Assembly (NCBI GenBank): GCA_000388065.2
Contig: KB932208.1
Source: Fonticula alba ATCC 38817
Lineage: Eukaryota > Protista > Nucleariida
DNA length: 64,000 nt
Direction: 5' to 3' (one strand)
This document shows, piece after piece, positions 38,184 to 48,984 of this stretch; the first letter of the stretch is position 1, and each line of letters begins with the position of its first letter. A program made the position numbers and the translations under genes. Below the pieces are notes generated by a model. It saw nothing but the letters and a program-made list of their open reading frames with translations. It had not been told where the DNA came from and made no database searches.

Positions 38184-40270
38184 AGCTCGGTACCAGCAGC
38201 TGGCAGCGCATCTTCGACTCGCCGGAGTTCGGCTTCGCCCACCGGTCCAACCCGCCCTTCGCAGTGAGCATGCTGCGTGACCGGTGGAAGACCCTGCACA
38301 AGCGCTTCCTGCCCGACTCGTCCGAGGGCGGCGGCGGGCCGCCGAGCCTCGACGAGATGGACGCCGCTCGGGCGGTCGGCCTCGACGGCGACGGGGCCGA
38401 CTACATGGCGTGGATTAAGATCCGCCGGGAGCGCCGCCGGCGCCTGGTGGTTCTGCTGCTGATGGCCGGCATCCAGGTCCCCTCGGAGTGTGAGACCTCG
38501 CGGCACTCGACGCGCCGGGCGCGCGGGGGCGGGGGGTCGGGTGCGGCCGCGGCCGCGGCCGCCGCCGCCGCCCGCCGCAGCGTGGCCATCTCCACCGACG
38601 CCGAAGCACACACGCTCCTGCGGGTGGCTCGGCTATATGCCTCGGAGACGCGCCTCGAACGGACCAAGCACCTGGCGGCGGCCGTCAGCGCCGGGGCGGA
38701 CCTCGGTCGGCCGGTGACCATCGCCGTGCGCATGGCCTTCGAGGAGCGCGTGCTTGAGATGTCGGCCGCCTGTGTGCCGCTCTCGGGCGTGGTCGGCGGC
38801 TACTCCGGGGCCGGGGTGGTGGTTGGGGTTTCCGGCGCCGCGGCCGCCGCCGCGTCCAACATCAACTCCCAGCTCCTGTCCCGCGCCAACGAGCTGATCA
38901 ATGTCATTCAGTCGGCCCTGCCGCGGGGGATCGCCGGTGCGGCCGGTGGTGGGCTCGGCAACGCCGGGCATGAGCACTTGCCGCCCGGCGGCGGGTCGGC
39001 CCTGATGCTGCCCCCCGTCGGCATGGTGGGCTCCGGTGGCGGTGCCCTGCACTCGTCACCCCTCAGCGGGGGCGGCATGGCCTTTGCCACGCCGGTGCCC
39101 CTGGCCCCTGGCGGGGGGCACTTCCCCGCAGGCTCGGCCTCTCCGTACAGCACCGGCGCCGGCGGGGCGCCGGCCGTAGGCGTGTCAGCGTCCTCTGCTG
39201 CTGCTGCCGCCGCCGCTGCCGCCGCCGCCGCTGCTGTTGCGAATCAGCAGCTCAGTAATTTTGACTCCTTGCCGGCGAGCGCCTCCATTCAGCCGGTGGT
39301 ACGTCACTCTCTACCTCCCCGCCCTCTCTCTTGGACGTGTTTCACGTCTGCCTCCTCGCCCGAGAAAGAGAGAGAGAGAGAACCACATGGCGACGGAGGG
39401 GCGAGGGGGGGCAGGCCTGCTCAAATCTGCGTGAGAGAATATCATCGTGAAGCAGGGGCCACAGGGGGGGAGGGGGTGCGGGCGCGGGGCGCACCCGGGG
39501 CAAGGGGTCAGGGGGCTCCTGAGTCGGCGGCCCAACAGCAGTCGAAGGACAAATGCTCCGAGAAATGCCGGTCATTGACATCCATGCCTGCTTCCTGCTT
39601 TGCGTCCATCCCCCCCACGTCCTCGCTACTGTCTTATGACGGGATCTCGAAAACGGTGCCCGCTTTGTCTGTGTGTGTGTGTGTGTCGGGGGGCTGGCGC
39701 ATGCGGCGTACCTTGTCACTTCCCTGTTTGGATGCGCTGCCCTCCCTCGCCAGTGGGACTACCCCTCCCACGGCTCCCAGATCACCGTCCCCTCCTCCTC
39801 GGGCTTCGCCCACTCCCATAGACCGGTCGACCGCCGGGGGGGCGGGGACGACTCGTATGTGACCACCGCCGCCGCGGCCGAGTCCGCCACCGGGTACCAC
39901 ATGCGGGCCGAGATGGCGCCGAGTTTTGACAAGAATCCCCATCTGCAGCAGCAGCAGCAGCAGCAGCAGGCGGGCCACCTGCTTGCTGGCGGCAATAATG
40001 GCGGCTTGGAGGCAGTGGCCGAGGCGGCCACGGCCCTCGACCAGTACATTTCCCCGCATCAACATGTCCTCCACATGATTGGAGGTGCTGTGGCTGTGCA
40101 CCAACACCAACACCAGCAGCAGCAGCAGCACGTCGCCCACCACCAACAGCCTCCACTAATGCACGCTGTCCACTCGGTGGAAGGCGGCGGCGAAACGCAC
40201 CAGCCGCAGCAGCTCCACGCCGGCCACAGCCACCCGGTCGGTGTGCATCTGCTCCACCACCACTCTCAGC

Positions 40271-40304
<34 letters not shown>

Positions 40305-40380
40305 CTCGCCGCACGCCGGGGGTGGATACTACGCCGAGGCGGAGACCGTGTCTGGGACCAATTTTCCCGAAACCATGTAA
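34555..40380 (+). CDS. Large low-complexity nuclear protein with a telobox (TRF-type) Myb/SANT domain
   Basis: The spliced junction 37797|38186 gives WNFLDTYRLIEGATK|LGTSSWQRIFDSPEFGFAHRSNPPFAVSMLRDRWKTLHK, with TRF-like W spacing and the telobox LKDKWR-like signature. Flanking exons carry poly-Q/H/S/A. That all exons belong to one gene is inferred. Confidence 0.7.
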
Positions 40381-40969
40381 CAGCCCGAATTCCCATCCAC
40401 CGAATCGCCACGCCTGTGAGCGCTCATGCGTATAAAGAACACACTTGGAGGCGTGTGGCGGGGTAGGTGCAGGGGCGTGGTGGCGCTTGTTACGCTGAAA
40501 AAATAAATCTAGACAACAACACCCAGGGCACCCCCCCCCCCTCCCACACACCCCGGCTCGACCATGGGGCAACACCCGGAGCTGACACACACGCGTAAGG
40601 CACACGTCTCCCCCTGAGGCCAGCCGCCTGGTTTTCTGGTCGAGCCCCAAAATTGAGGGGTGCACTGCTGTTGTTGCCTGCTTCCTTTTCCCCCCATCCG
40701 GAGAGGTGTGCTGGGGGGAGAAAGGGGGGTCGAGGGTCGAAAAGAGTGCGGCGGCCTACATTAATTGCGCTCCAGCGTGGCGGCAAGAGCGCACAGTGGT
40801 CCTGTTTCCCCGCGCACAAGGTGGGGCGCGGCCGCAACCGAGCCAACTGTAGGCGGGGGCGCCCTGCCAGGCCGAGGTGTGCGCCCAAAGGTAAGGGACC
40901 TGGGGGGGGGGGGGGGGGGGGGGGGGACTCAATCGAGGGAGGGTGGTTTGAAAGGAAAAAACCCGTGAG

Positions 40970-41345
40970 TCAGAATGCCAAGGTCCAGGTGTAACGCAGA
41001 GGATCAACCTTTGGCCCACCTGGACGCCCTGCGGGCCGGTGGTTTGTTTTGTCACGAACGACCACTTGGACACCATCGCCCCTTGGCCTTGCTCCTGGCG
41101 GCCCTGCAAATGGTCGCGACTCGACCCCCGGCATGATATACCTGCCCTCAATTCGGAAGTCCCAGAGTCGTGCCTCCTCCTCTCCGAGGATGGGCGGCCT
41201 GCCATTGGAGCGCGAGAGCGCCAACACCTCTATTGGCCCTCCTGAGACACCCTCCGAGAAGAGAGTGCCGTCCTCGGGGGGGGGGTCTGACCACTCTGCA
41301 TCTGGAAGAGAGCATAGACGAAGAGGAACCGCAATCGCCATGCGG
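40970..41345 (-). CDS. Possible terminal exon of a hypothetical gene
   Basis: Coding-like IEVLALSRSNGRPPILGEEEARLWDFRIEGRYIMPG...KVDPLRYTWTLAF-stop. No motif recognised. Confidence 0.3.
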
Positions 41346-41566
41346 CATCCTCCACCCGGCCTCATTTTCCTGCCCTGATCCCAGGGAGCATCGGCAGACG
41401 GATGAGCCAGCGAGAAAGGGAGAGAGNNNNNNNNNNNNNNNNNNNNNNNNNNNNNNNNNNNNNNNNNNNNNNNNNNNNNNNNNNNNNNNNNNNNNNNNNN
41501 NNNNNNNNNNNNNNNNNNNNNNNNNNNNNNAGCGAGCAGGGCCACAAGAGGATGGCAAGGCGCCAG

Positions 41567-41802
<236 letters not shown>

Positions 41803-42323
41803 AATATGGGCGGGACCGCCGAACGCCCCGCCACCCCCTCCCCCTGTCGCCCCACCCGGGGAACTTCCATCACACTCCGAGGAGCAGACCCCACAACAAG
41901 CGTTAGCCATAAGTCCCCACGGAGGTCGGCGACGGCCGGCGTGTCGCGAGTGCCAACCCAATGGCCCTTGGATATCACGCGAGGATTCATGTGTAGACCG
42001 GTGGGCCTGTTTCAGGGCTCGGGCGCGCTGCCTGGCCGGCTGGGGGAGGGGCCAGCCGGAAATCCTCCCGGAGCCCACGACGAAGTGCGCCCCACGCACC
42101 ACAGACCAGACAGAAAGAGAAAGCGGGAGGAAGAAGGAGGGGAGGAGATGGCACCTGATCCCATCGGCCCCAGCGCAACACTGCCCCCCTTCTCGCGCCC
42201 TACCTCTCCTCCTCTCGCCTCGCGCCTGCTCCGCACGCCCTCCTGCCGCCCTCCGCCCTCTTCGCCCCAGCTGCCGCACGCCGCACGCCACACACTCGCG
42301 CCACACATCCCGGCCACGAAAAG

Positions 42324-43344
42324 ATGGCCACAGCGGCCCCCGCACCGATGCCCGGGTCCGAGGTCACCCGGGAATATGCCCATCTGGACTTCCTGGACCT
42401 CGTTGAGCGGTCAGCACCATACATTTCGGTGGAGGCGCGCCCAATCGCCGAGGGGCCGACCTCACCCACGGCGGCGATGGCCCCGCCCACTGGCGGTGGC
42501 GGTGGCCCGGCCTTCACCAACATTCTGGGGCCCGTGGCGCCGCACCTGGCCGCGCTGATGGTGTCCCCGCTGAGCGCCGATCCTCGATCCCGGCACCGGG
42601 GCATTGATCGGTTCCGGCGTTTGCTCCGGGCATATCGGCCCTCGGAGGCGGAGGCGCAACAGCAGTCGCCGCAGCTGGGAGCCGCCTCGGTGCCGGGCCA
42701 GCCGTCGGGTGGGCACCCGGCCGGTCGCTTTGAGCCGGACTACTACGGCCCGGTCAGCCTCCCGGCCGGGACCTCGACCAATCACTACGCTTCGGACAAC
42801 ATGACCCTCGATGAGTGTGCGTCAAAGAGGGCCACACAGAGGGACCCGGCATCGCTGCGCACTTTGGCCGCCTCTCGTGGCGGCTGCTGTGGCTGCTCCG
42901 CCCCTGCTGTCCCCCCCCCCCCCCCCCCCCCCCCCCNNNNNNNNNNNNNNNNNNNNNNNNNNNNNNNNNNNNNNNNNNNNNNNNNNNNNNNNNNNNNNNN
43001 NNNNNNNNNNNNNNNNNNNNNCCCCCCCGGGGCCTTCCCGCTGCTGACCTTGCCTTCTCCCTCTCCCCCTCCCCCTCCCTCGGGCCGATCCGCGGCCAGA
43101 CGAGAAGTGCCGGCGCGACAGCGGCGCGGACAATACGCTCGTCTGGTTCGCCACTCCGCCGTACGACGCGGTGTCCGCGCTGTCGGGGCACATGCCGTCC
43201 GCCGAGTGGGTACACTTTTCGTCGGAGGCGGCGGCTGCTGCTGCCAGCACACCCGACTTCCTAGATGGCTGCTAGGGGCGTGGTTCCCACCCCTCGTGGG
43301 GGATGGTCCCCGCGTCTCTCGGGACTGACGAGCAGCCAATGTGA
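42324..43344 (+). CDS. Small hypothetical protein with an RDxxxxxxLxWFxxPP motif
   Basis: Exon 1 MATAAP...NMTLDE with a phase-1 GTGCGT donor. Exon 2 (from ~43100) YEKCRRDSGADNTLVWFATPPYDAVSALSGHMPSAEW. The last exon is uncertain. Confidence 0.5.
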
Positions 43345-43759
43345 GGAAATAAAATATGCGAGGGAGCAGGAGGACCTCCGCCCCCCTCTCGCTCGTTGCA
43401 CACGCACACGCACACACACACACACACACACCACAAGGAGGCACATGCGGGGGCGCAGGCCATGTGCCAAGGTATCCCCATCCGCCTGAGAGAAGGGGAA
43501 GGAGGAGCGAGCAGGGCCACAAGAGGATGGCAAGGCGCCAGGACGCGCGCCAACATGCGAGGCGGGAGCACATCCCCCCACAAACGAGGACATCGAGAAC
43601 CATGGCCTCGCCTGTGTGCATCGGCACACACCAAGGACAGGCGGCAAGAAGGCCCCCGGGCGCGGGAAGGCGAGGGGCCAAACGAAAAGGGGGAACGGGC
43701 GAGGGGAGAGGAGCAGGTGGTGGGGTCACACGCGGACACACGGACGACACAGACACGGT

Positions 43760-43796
<37 letters not shown>

Positions 43797-44227
43797 AGGA
43801 GAGAGGAGACGGAGAAGGCAAGACAGAGTGAGCACCACCACACAGAGGTGCGCGTGCGCACACAAGAGAGAGAAAGAGAAAGAGGGAAGACAAAAGGAGG
43901 GACACGGAGGAACAAGACAAGAATATGGTTCGACTGCAAGAGCAATGTATTGACTGTAGCATGAGACGGGGGGGGGGGCGCGCCAGGCGGAAAAAGGAGC
44001 GAGGCAGTGGGCATGCGCGCGCGCGCGCGCGCGCACACACACACCGGCGCAAACTCCAGAGTCCGGCCCGAGGCCCACCCCCCCGTCCCCGGCCTCGGTA
44101 TAAGGGAAGGACTGGGGGAGGGGGGTTGGTGGGGGAGGGCATGGATAGCTTCGCACACACACACACACACAGAGCGCAGGGGGAGAGAGGGAGAGCACTG
44201 AGGGAGGGAGGAGTGGATGCAAGAGCA

Positions 44228-45160
44228 TTAGCCGCCGCCGCCGGAGTAGGCCTTACCGAAGACGAGGACCTGGAGCTTGTCGTAACCGGCAAGGACACCA
44301 GCGCCAGCAACGGCACGGAGAATGTTGGCACCAGCACCCTTGAAGAGGGACTTGACACCGTCGTTCTTGACGATCTGCTGGAAGCAGTCGAAGGAGGACT
44401 TGTACTTGACAGCCTCACCGGAGGTCATCATCATGCGACGACGGACGGTATCCAGGGGGTAGGAAGCCAGACCGGCGGTGATGGTGACAGCCCAGCCAAG
44501 CATGAAGGTGGCGGCGAAGTTGTCGCGCAGGTTGACGGGGAGGGCAGGGCGGAGGGAGTCGTACAGACCGAAGTACAGACCACGGTAGACGATGATACCA
44601 ACGCAAGAGATGTTGAAGCCACGGTACAGACCACGGATACCATCGGAGGCGATGGTCTTGCGGTAGACGTCAACGAGACCGTTGAACTGGCGAGAGCCAC
44701 CCTTGGAGGCGGACTTGTTGTCGTTGGCCAGGCGGGTACGAGCGTAGTCCAGGGAGTAGACGAACAGCAGGGACAGGGCACCAGCCATACCACCGGAGGC
44801 CAGGTTACCCATGAACCACTTGGCGTAGCCGTCGCGCTCCTTGGAGAAGCCGAACATGCGCTTGATCTGCTCCTTGAAGGCGATGTTCAGGGCCTGGGTG
44901 GGGAAGTAACGCAGCACGTTGGCCACGTTACCGCGCCACAGGGAAGCGACACCCTCGGCGGCGGAGACGCGCTTGAAGCAGTCGACGACACCACCGTAGG
45001 GGCGGTCGAGGCGGCCCTGCTTGATGAGCTCATCCTGGTTCTGGATGAGGAGCTTGACACGCTCGATGGGGGCGGCAGCGGTCTTGGAGACAGCGGCGGA
45101 GACACCACCCATCATGAACTCGATGGCGAAGGTCATCGGATCGTTCTGCTTTTTCGACAT
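44228..45160 (-). CDS. AAC: Mitochondrial ADP/ATP carrier (SLC25 family), intronless, 310 aa
   Basis: [40 protein letters not shown]..., [22 protein letters not shown], the RRRMMM signature and [14 protein letters not shown]. Strong codon bias. Confidence 0.99.
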   Translation of the reverse strand: MSKKQNDPMTFAIEFMMGGVSAAVSKTAAAPIERVKLLIQNQDELIKQGRLDRPYGGVVDCFKRVSAAEGVASLWRGNVANVLRYFPTQALNIAFKEQIKRMFGFSKERDGYAKWFMGNLASGGMAGALSLLFVYSLDYARTRLANDNKSASKGGSRQFNGLVDVYRKTIASDGIRGLYRGFNISCVGIIVYRGLYFGLYDSLRPALPVNLRDNFAATFMLGWAVTITAGLASYPLDTVRRRMMMTSGEAVKYKSSFDCFQQIVKNDGVKSLFKGAGANILRAVAGAGVLAGYDKLQVLVFGKAYSGGGG

Positions 45161-48100
45161 GGTTGACAAAGAATTCTGCGCGCGCGCCAAGGGGAGGGGG
45201 GAGAGGGGGGNNNNNNNNNNNNNNNNNNNNNNNNNNNNNNNNNNNNNNNNNNNNNNNNNNNNNNNNNNNNNNNNNNNNNNNNNNNNNNNNNNNNNNNNNN
45301 NNNNNNNNNNNNNNNNNNNNNNNNNNNNNNNNNNNNNNNNNNNNNNNNNNNNNNNNNNNNNNNNNNNNNNNNNNNNNNNNNNNNNNNNNNNNNNNNNNNN
45401 NNNNNNNNNNNNNNNNNNNNNNNNNNNNNNNNNNNNNNNNNNNNNNNNNNNNNNNNNNNNNNNNNNNNNNNNNNNNNNNNNNNNNNNNNNNNNNNNNNNN
45501 NNNNNNNNNNNNNNNNNNNNNNNNNNNNNNNNNNNNNNNNNNNNNNNNNNNNNNNNNNNCGGGGGTTGAGGGCCCCCCGCCCCCGGTGCCCTGCCCCCCC
45601 CCCCCCCAGCCCCCCGTCTCCCCGGTCCGGGTCCCCCTGTGCCGGGCCGACCCCCGCGCCTCGGCCGGGAGGGACACGACGCTGATGACAGTCCCCCCTC
45701 GGCCCGAGGCAGCCCGGGGGGGAGGGGCGAGTCCAGCACGGCCGAGGGAGAGAGAGGGAGAGAGAACGAGAGAGCGAGAGCAGGAACGAAGGTCGGGCTG
45801 TCGGGAGAAGGCCCACACTCTCGCCATGCCAACTGATACGCGCGTCTACCGCGACACGCCACCGGGGGGGGGGGGGGACGGGGCTTGCCCTGGGGCTCCT
45901 CCTCTCGCCCGGCGTGCAATCCCCGAGGAGACGACGGAAGATGGACCACGCGCGTACGCGCCAGATGCCGCCCCAGGACATGCGCCAGAGAGAGGGACAG
46001 AGAAACAGACAGGGAAAGGGGGAAAGAAGAGGCCGCAGGGACGGGCCTCCCGCGGGCAGAGAGAGACCCGCCGGCAGGGCCCGCGCCACGGCCGGGGTCG
46101 TTTAGGACACACAGCTCTGGCAGCTTCCCCTAGCCCGGTGAAGGCAGGTGTGCCGGCCTGCCCGGTTGCGCGCGCATCCGCCCCCACACGCACCCTTCCC
46201 CCCGCCCACCCGGATACGACCCCCAAGATGGGGGGGGGGGGGGGGGGAGTGGCACAAACACCAGAAGAAACGAGCACGCATGATGAGGCTGGCTGTCCAC
46301 CGGCGCCGAGACATGCGTATGCGCCCCGCACCGCACGTCCACGGACACGCGCACACACACACACACACGCGCGAGGAGACACCCTAGGGAGCCAGGGCGG
46401 CCGACGCACGAGGGAGGCGCGCTGGCCAGGGTTCGGGGTGTGTGTGTGTGTGTGCGCGCGCGCGGGATTCAGACAGGGGCTCACCGGACTTTCAGGTGCG
46501 CCGCGCACACGCGCGGGGCACCGACCGACCCGCCGGGCGCTTGCCGGCAAACGCCGGAGCGTCCTCCACATGCGCCGGCGGCGCACGCGCACACGCACGC
46601 ACGCACGGCACCGCGAGCAATCTGCCCCGGAGGCGCCTTGGCCAGGGAGAGCGCGGGCAGGTGCCGCAGCCAGGCGCGAGGCCCGCCCCCGCGGCCCGAG
46701 CCGAAGAGACCGCCGGCATATGCCTCACCTGGCCGGTTGCCCGGCCCCGGCCTGCCGGCGGCATGGGAGCAGCATGCGCCAGATGGGCGGGGCTGGCGCG
46801 CGCTCGCACACCCCCGCTCGAGCGCCAGCCGGGGGGCGCTTTTCCTCCCGCATATGGGGGGGCCCATATTGCCGGCTTGCGCCGCGCCTCCCCGATCCGT
46901 CCCCGCGAACATGCGACCACCCCGCGCCAGGAGGCGGGGGAACGGCCGGCCAGCCGGCCGCCGTGCCGCCGTGTCGCCGTGCCGCGGGACGCATGACGCA
47001 CCAGGCAGAACGGCCGCCCGGGCAACGGCCGCCTCCTTTGCCGGGTCAGCCGCGCCCATCCAAGAGGGGGCCAGGGGGCGAACCCCCGGGGCCAGGTATA
47101 TCAGCCGGCGCAGGGCACACTACCTACGAGCCCCCCCCCCCCCCCCCCCCGCCGGCGGCAAGGCCAGCTGGCGCACGCGAGTGTGAGTACAGACACACCG
47201 ACCGCGAAAGGGGCGCCGGCATCCGGCAAGCGGCGCGCAGGCCGTCGGCCCTCCCCACCCACACCCCGCCTGGCCGGTCTCCCCGCGCGCGCGCGCGCGC
47301 GCCGCGGGCAGCAACAGGCGGCGCGGCCCGGGCCGGGGAGCAAAAGCAACAAGATCACAACACATGTCCAAGGCATCCGCGCGACCCTGGCCCCTAAACC
47401 CAGCCCTAGGAGGGTCGACCGGCGCCGCCCTCGGGCGCGCGCGCGCGCTCCGACGCGGCGGGGTGGGGCATCCCTCGCCGGCTGGCGGCACAAGTGCCGG
47501 ACTCGCCAGATGCGCCTCGCCCCGCGGGCCGCACGACGCCCGCCTCGCTCCTCCGACAGTTAATGTGAAAAGCCCCGACCCGCGCCCGGGCCTCTTGGAC
47601 CCCAGCTCCCCCGCAAGCAGCGGTCGGCAGTCCCGGCAGATGACCCTCGGATGTGAATTTAATATTTGCTATTTATTGGCAAATGATAAACCCTCCTCCG
47701 CCGGGAGGACAGCCTGCTCCATGGCCACCAGCCGCGCCCCGGGGCCGGCCCGGCTTGCCGGAGGAAAGATTCTTCTCGCTCGGCCACAAACCCCTTTCTT
47801 CCTCGGGGGCCCTGTGCCCGCGCCCGGGGCCGCCCCCTTTTGGCCAGGCTGGCTGCCGCCTGGGCGTGGTGGTCGGGGCCCGGCCGGCCCCATCGCGCCG
47901 CCGCTGCTGCCGACGCCGGGCCAGCAGCACACGCGGCTCGAACCCCCCGACATTTTCACACCCGCGCTGAGATGATCAATCCGATGTCCGCGTCTTTCTT
48001 CTCGTGTTCCTCGGCCCCTCCCCCGCGCCGTGTTGCGCCGCGCCGCGCCGCGCCGCGGCCCGCCCCCGGCCCCCAGCCCGGCCGTCCAGACCCCGACCCG

Positions 48101-48984
48101 CGCAAATTTGAATGCCCTCGGGAAAATCCGCCCGGCACGACGAGTGGCATCGGTGGGCAGCTGCGTATCACACCATGGCCCTTTGGAGCCCGGGCGAAAG
48201 TGGCATCCGGCGCGCCCAGGGCACATGCTCGCGCGTGACACGCCCCGGCGGCCTGATCAGCTCGATCGTCTCCCCGGCCCCGGCGCGATCGTCTCGTTTT
48301 TTTTTCCCTCCCCGCCCCGACGACCCGTCTCGCCGCTCCCCGGCCCCCCCCCCGGCACAGTTGCGCCTCTCCTCCCCACTGTAGTTCTCCCTCCCATTTT
48401 TTTTTATACACGCCGCCTGCGGCTGCGCCTGTCACCAGGGCGCTGCACCTCTCCTTGCACGCGTTGTTGTTGTTGTTGTTGTTTTTCCCTCGCCCCCCCC
48501 CCTGCGGGCGGCGCCGGCGGCGTTGATCTCCCAACGGATGCGATTGTGGGCGATGTGCCCGCCCCCAGTGCCGGGGTGCTGCAGCATCGGAACGTCCGGC
48601 CCTGCGGGCGCCCGCGGCTCGGTGGCGCGATGCGTGTCCACCGCGCGCCGGCCAAGGGCGGGCCAGCCAGGGGAGGGGGGGGGGGGGTGATTACTTCACC
48701 GGGTGCTGGCGGAGAGATTGCGCACCGCGCGCGGGCACGCATGCCCCCGCGCCCGGGCCCGGCCCCCGAAGGTTCGGTCAAGATCCGGCAGTGTCTTTGG
48801 CTCTTTCGGCGGCCATCTTGGTTGGCCTGGCACCTGCCGCGAGCCACGCCTCGTTGCTTCGCCGTCCCCCGCCCGCGTTGCTCCTCCATTTTCTTTTTCT
48901 TTCCTGCGCTCCTCCCCCCTCCCCCCTGTCCCGCAACCCCCCCCCCCCTCCCCCCGCCTACCCTTCTCGCCTCCCAGCATCGAC

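Noticed and set aside
41531-41566. 36-bp exact copy (AGCGAGCAGGGCCACAAGAGGATGGCAAGGCGCCAG) of 43506-43541
   Set aside because: It starts at the first base after an N-gap and runs into a (GA)n array, which is typical of misjoined contig ends.
43925-45166. 413-aa + strand ORF
   Set aside because: It is the antisense shadow of the codon-biased ADP/ATP carrier.
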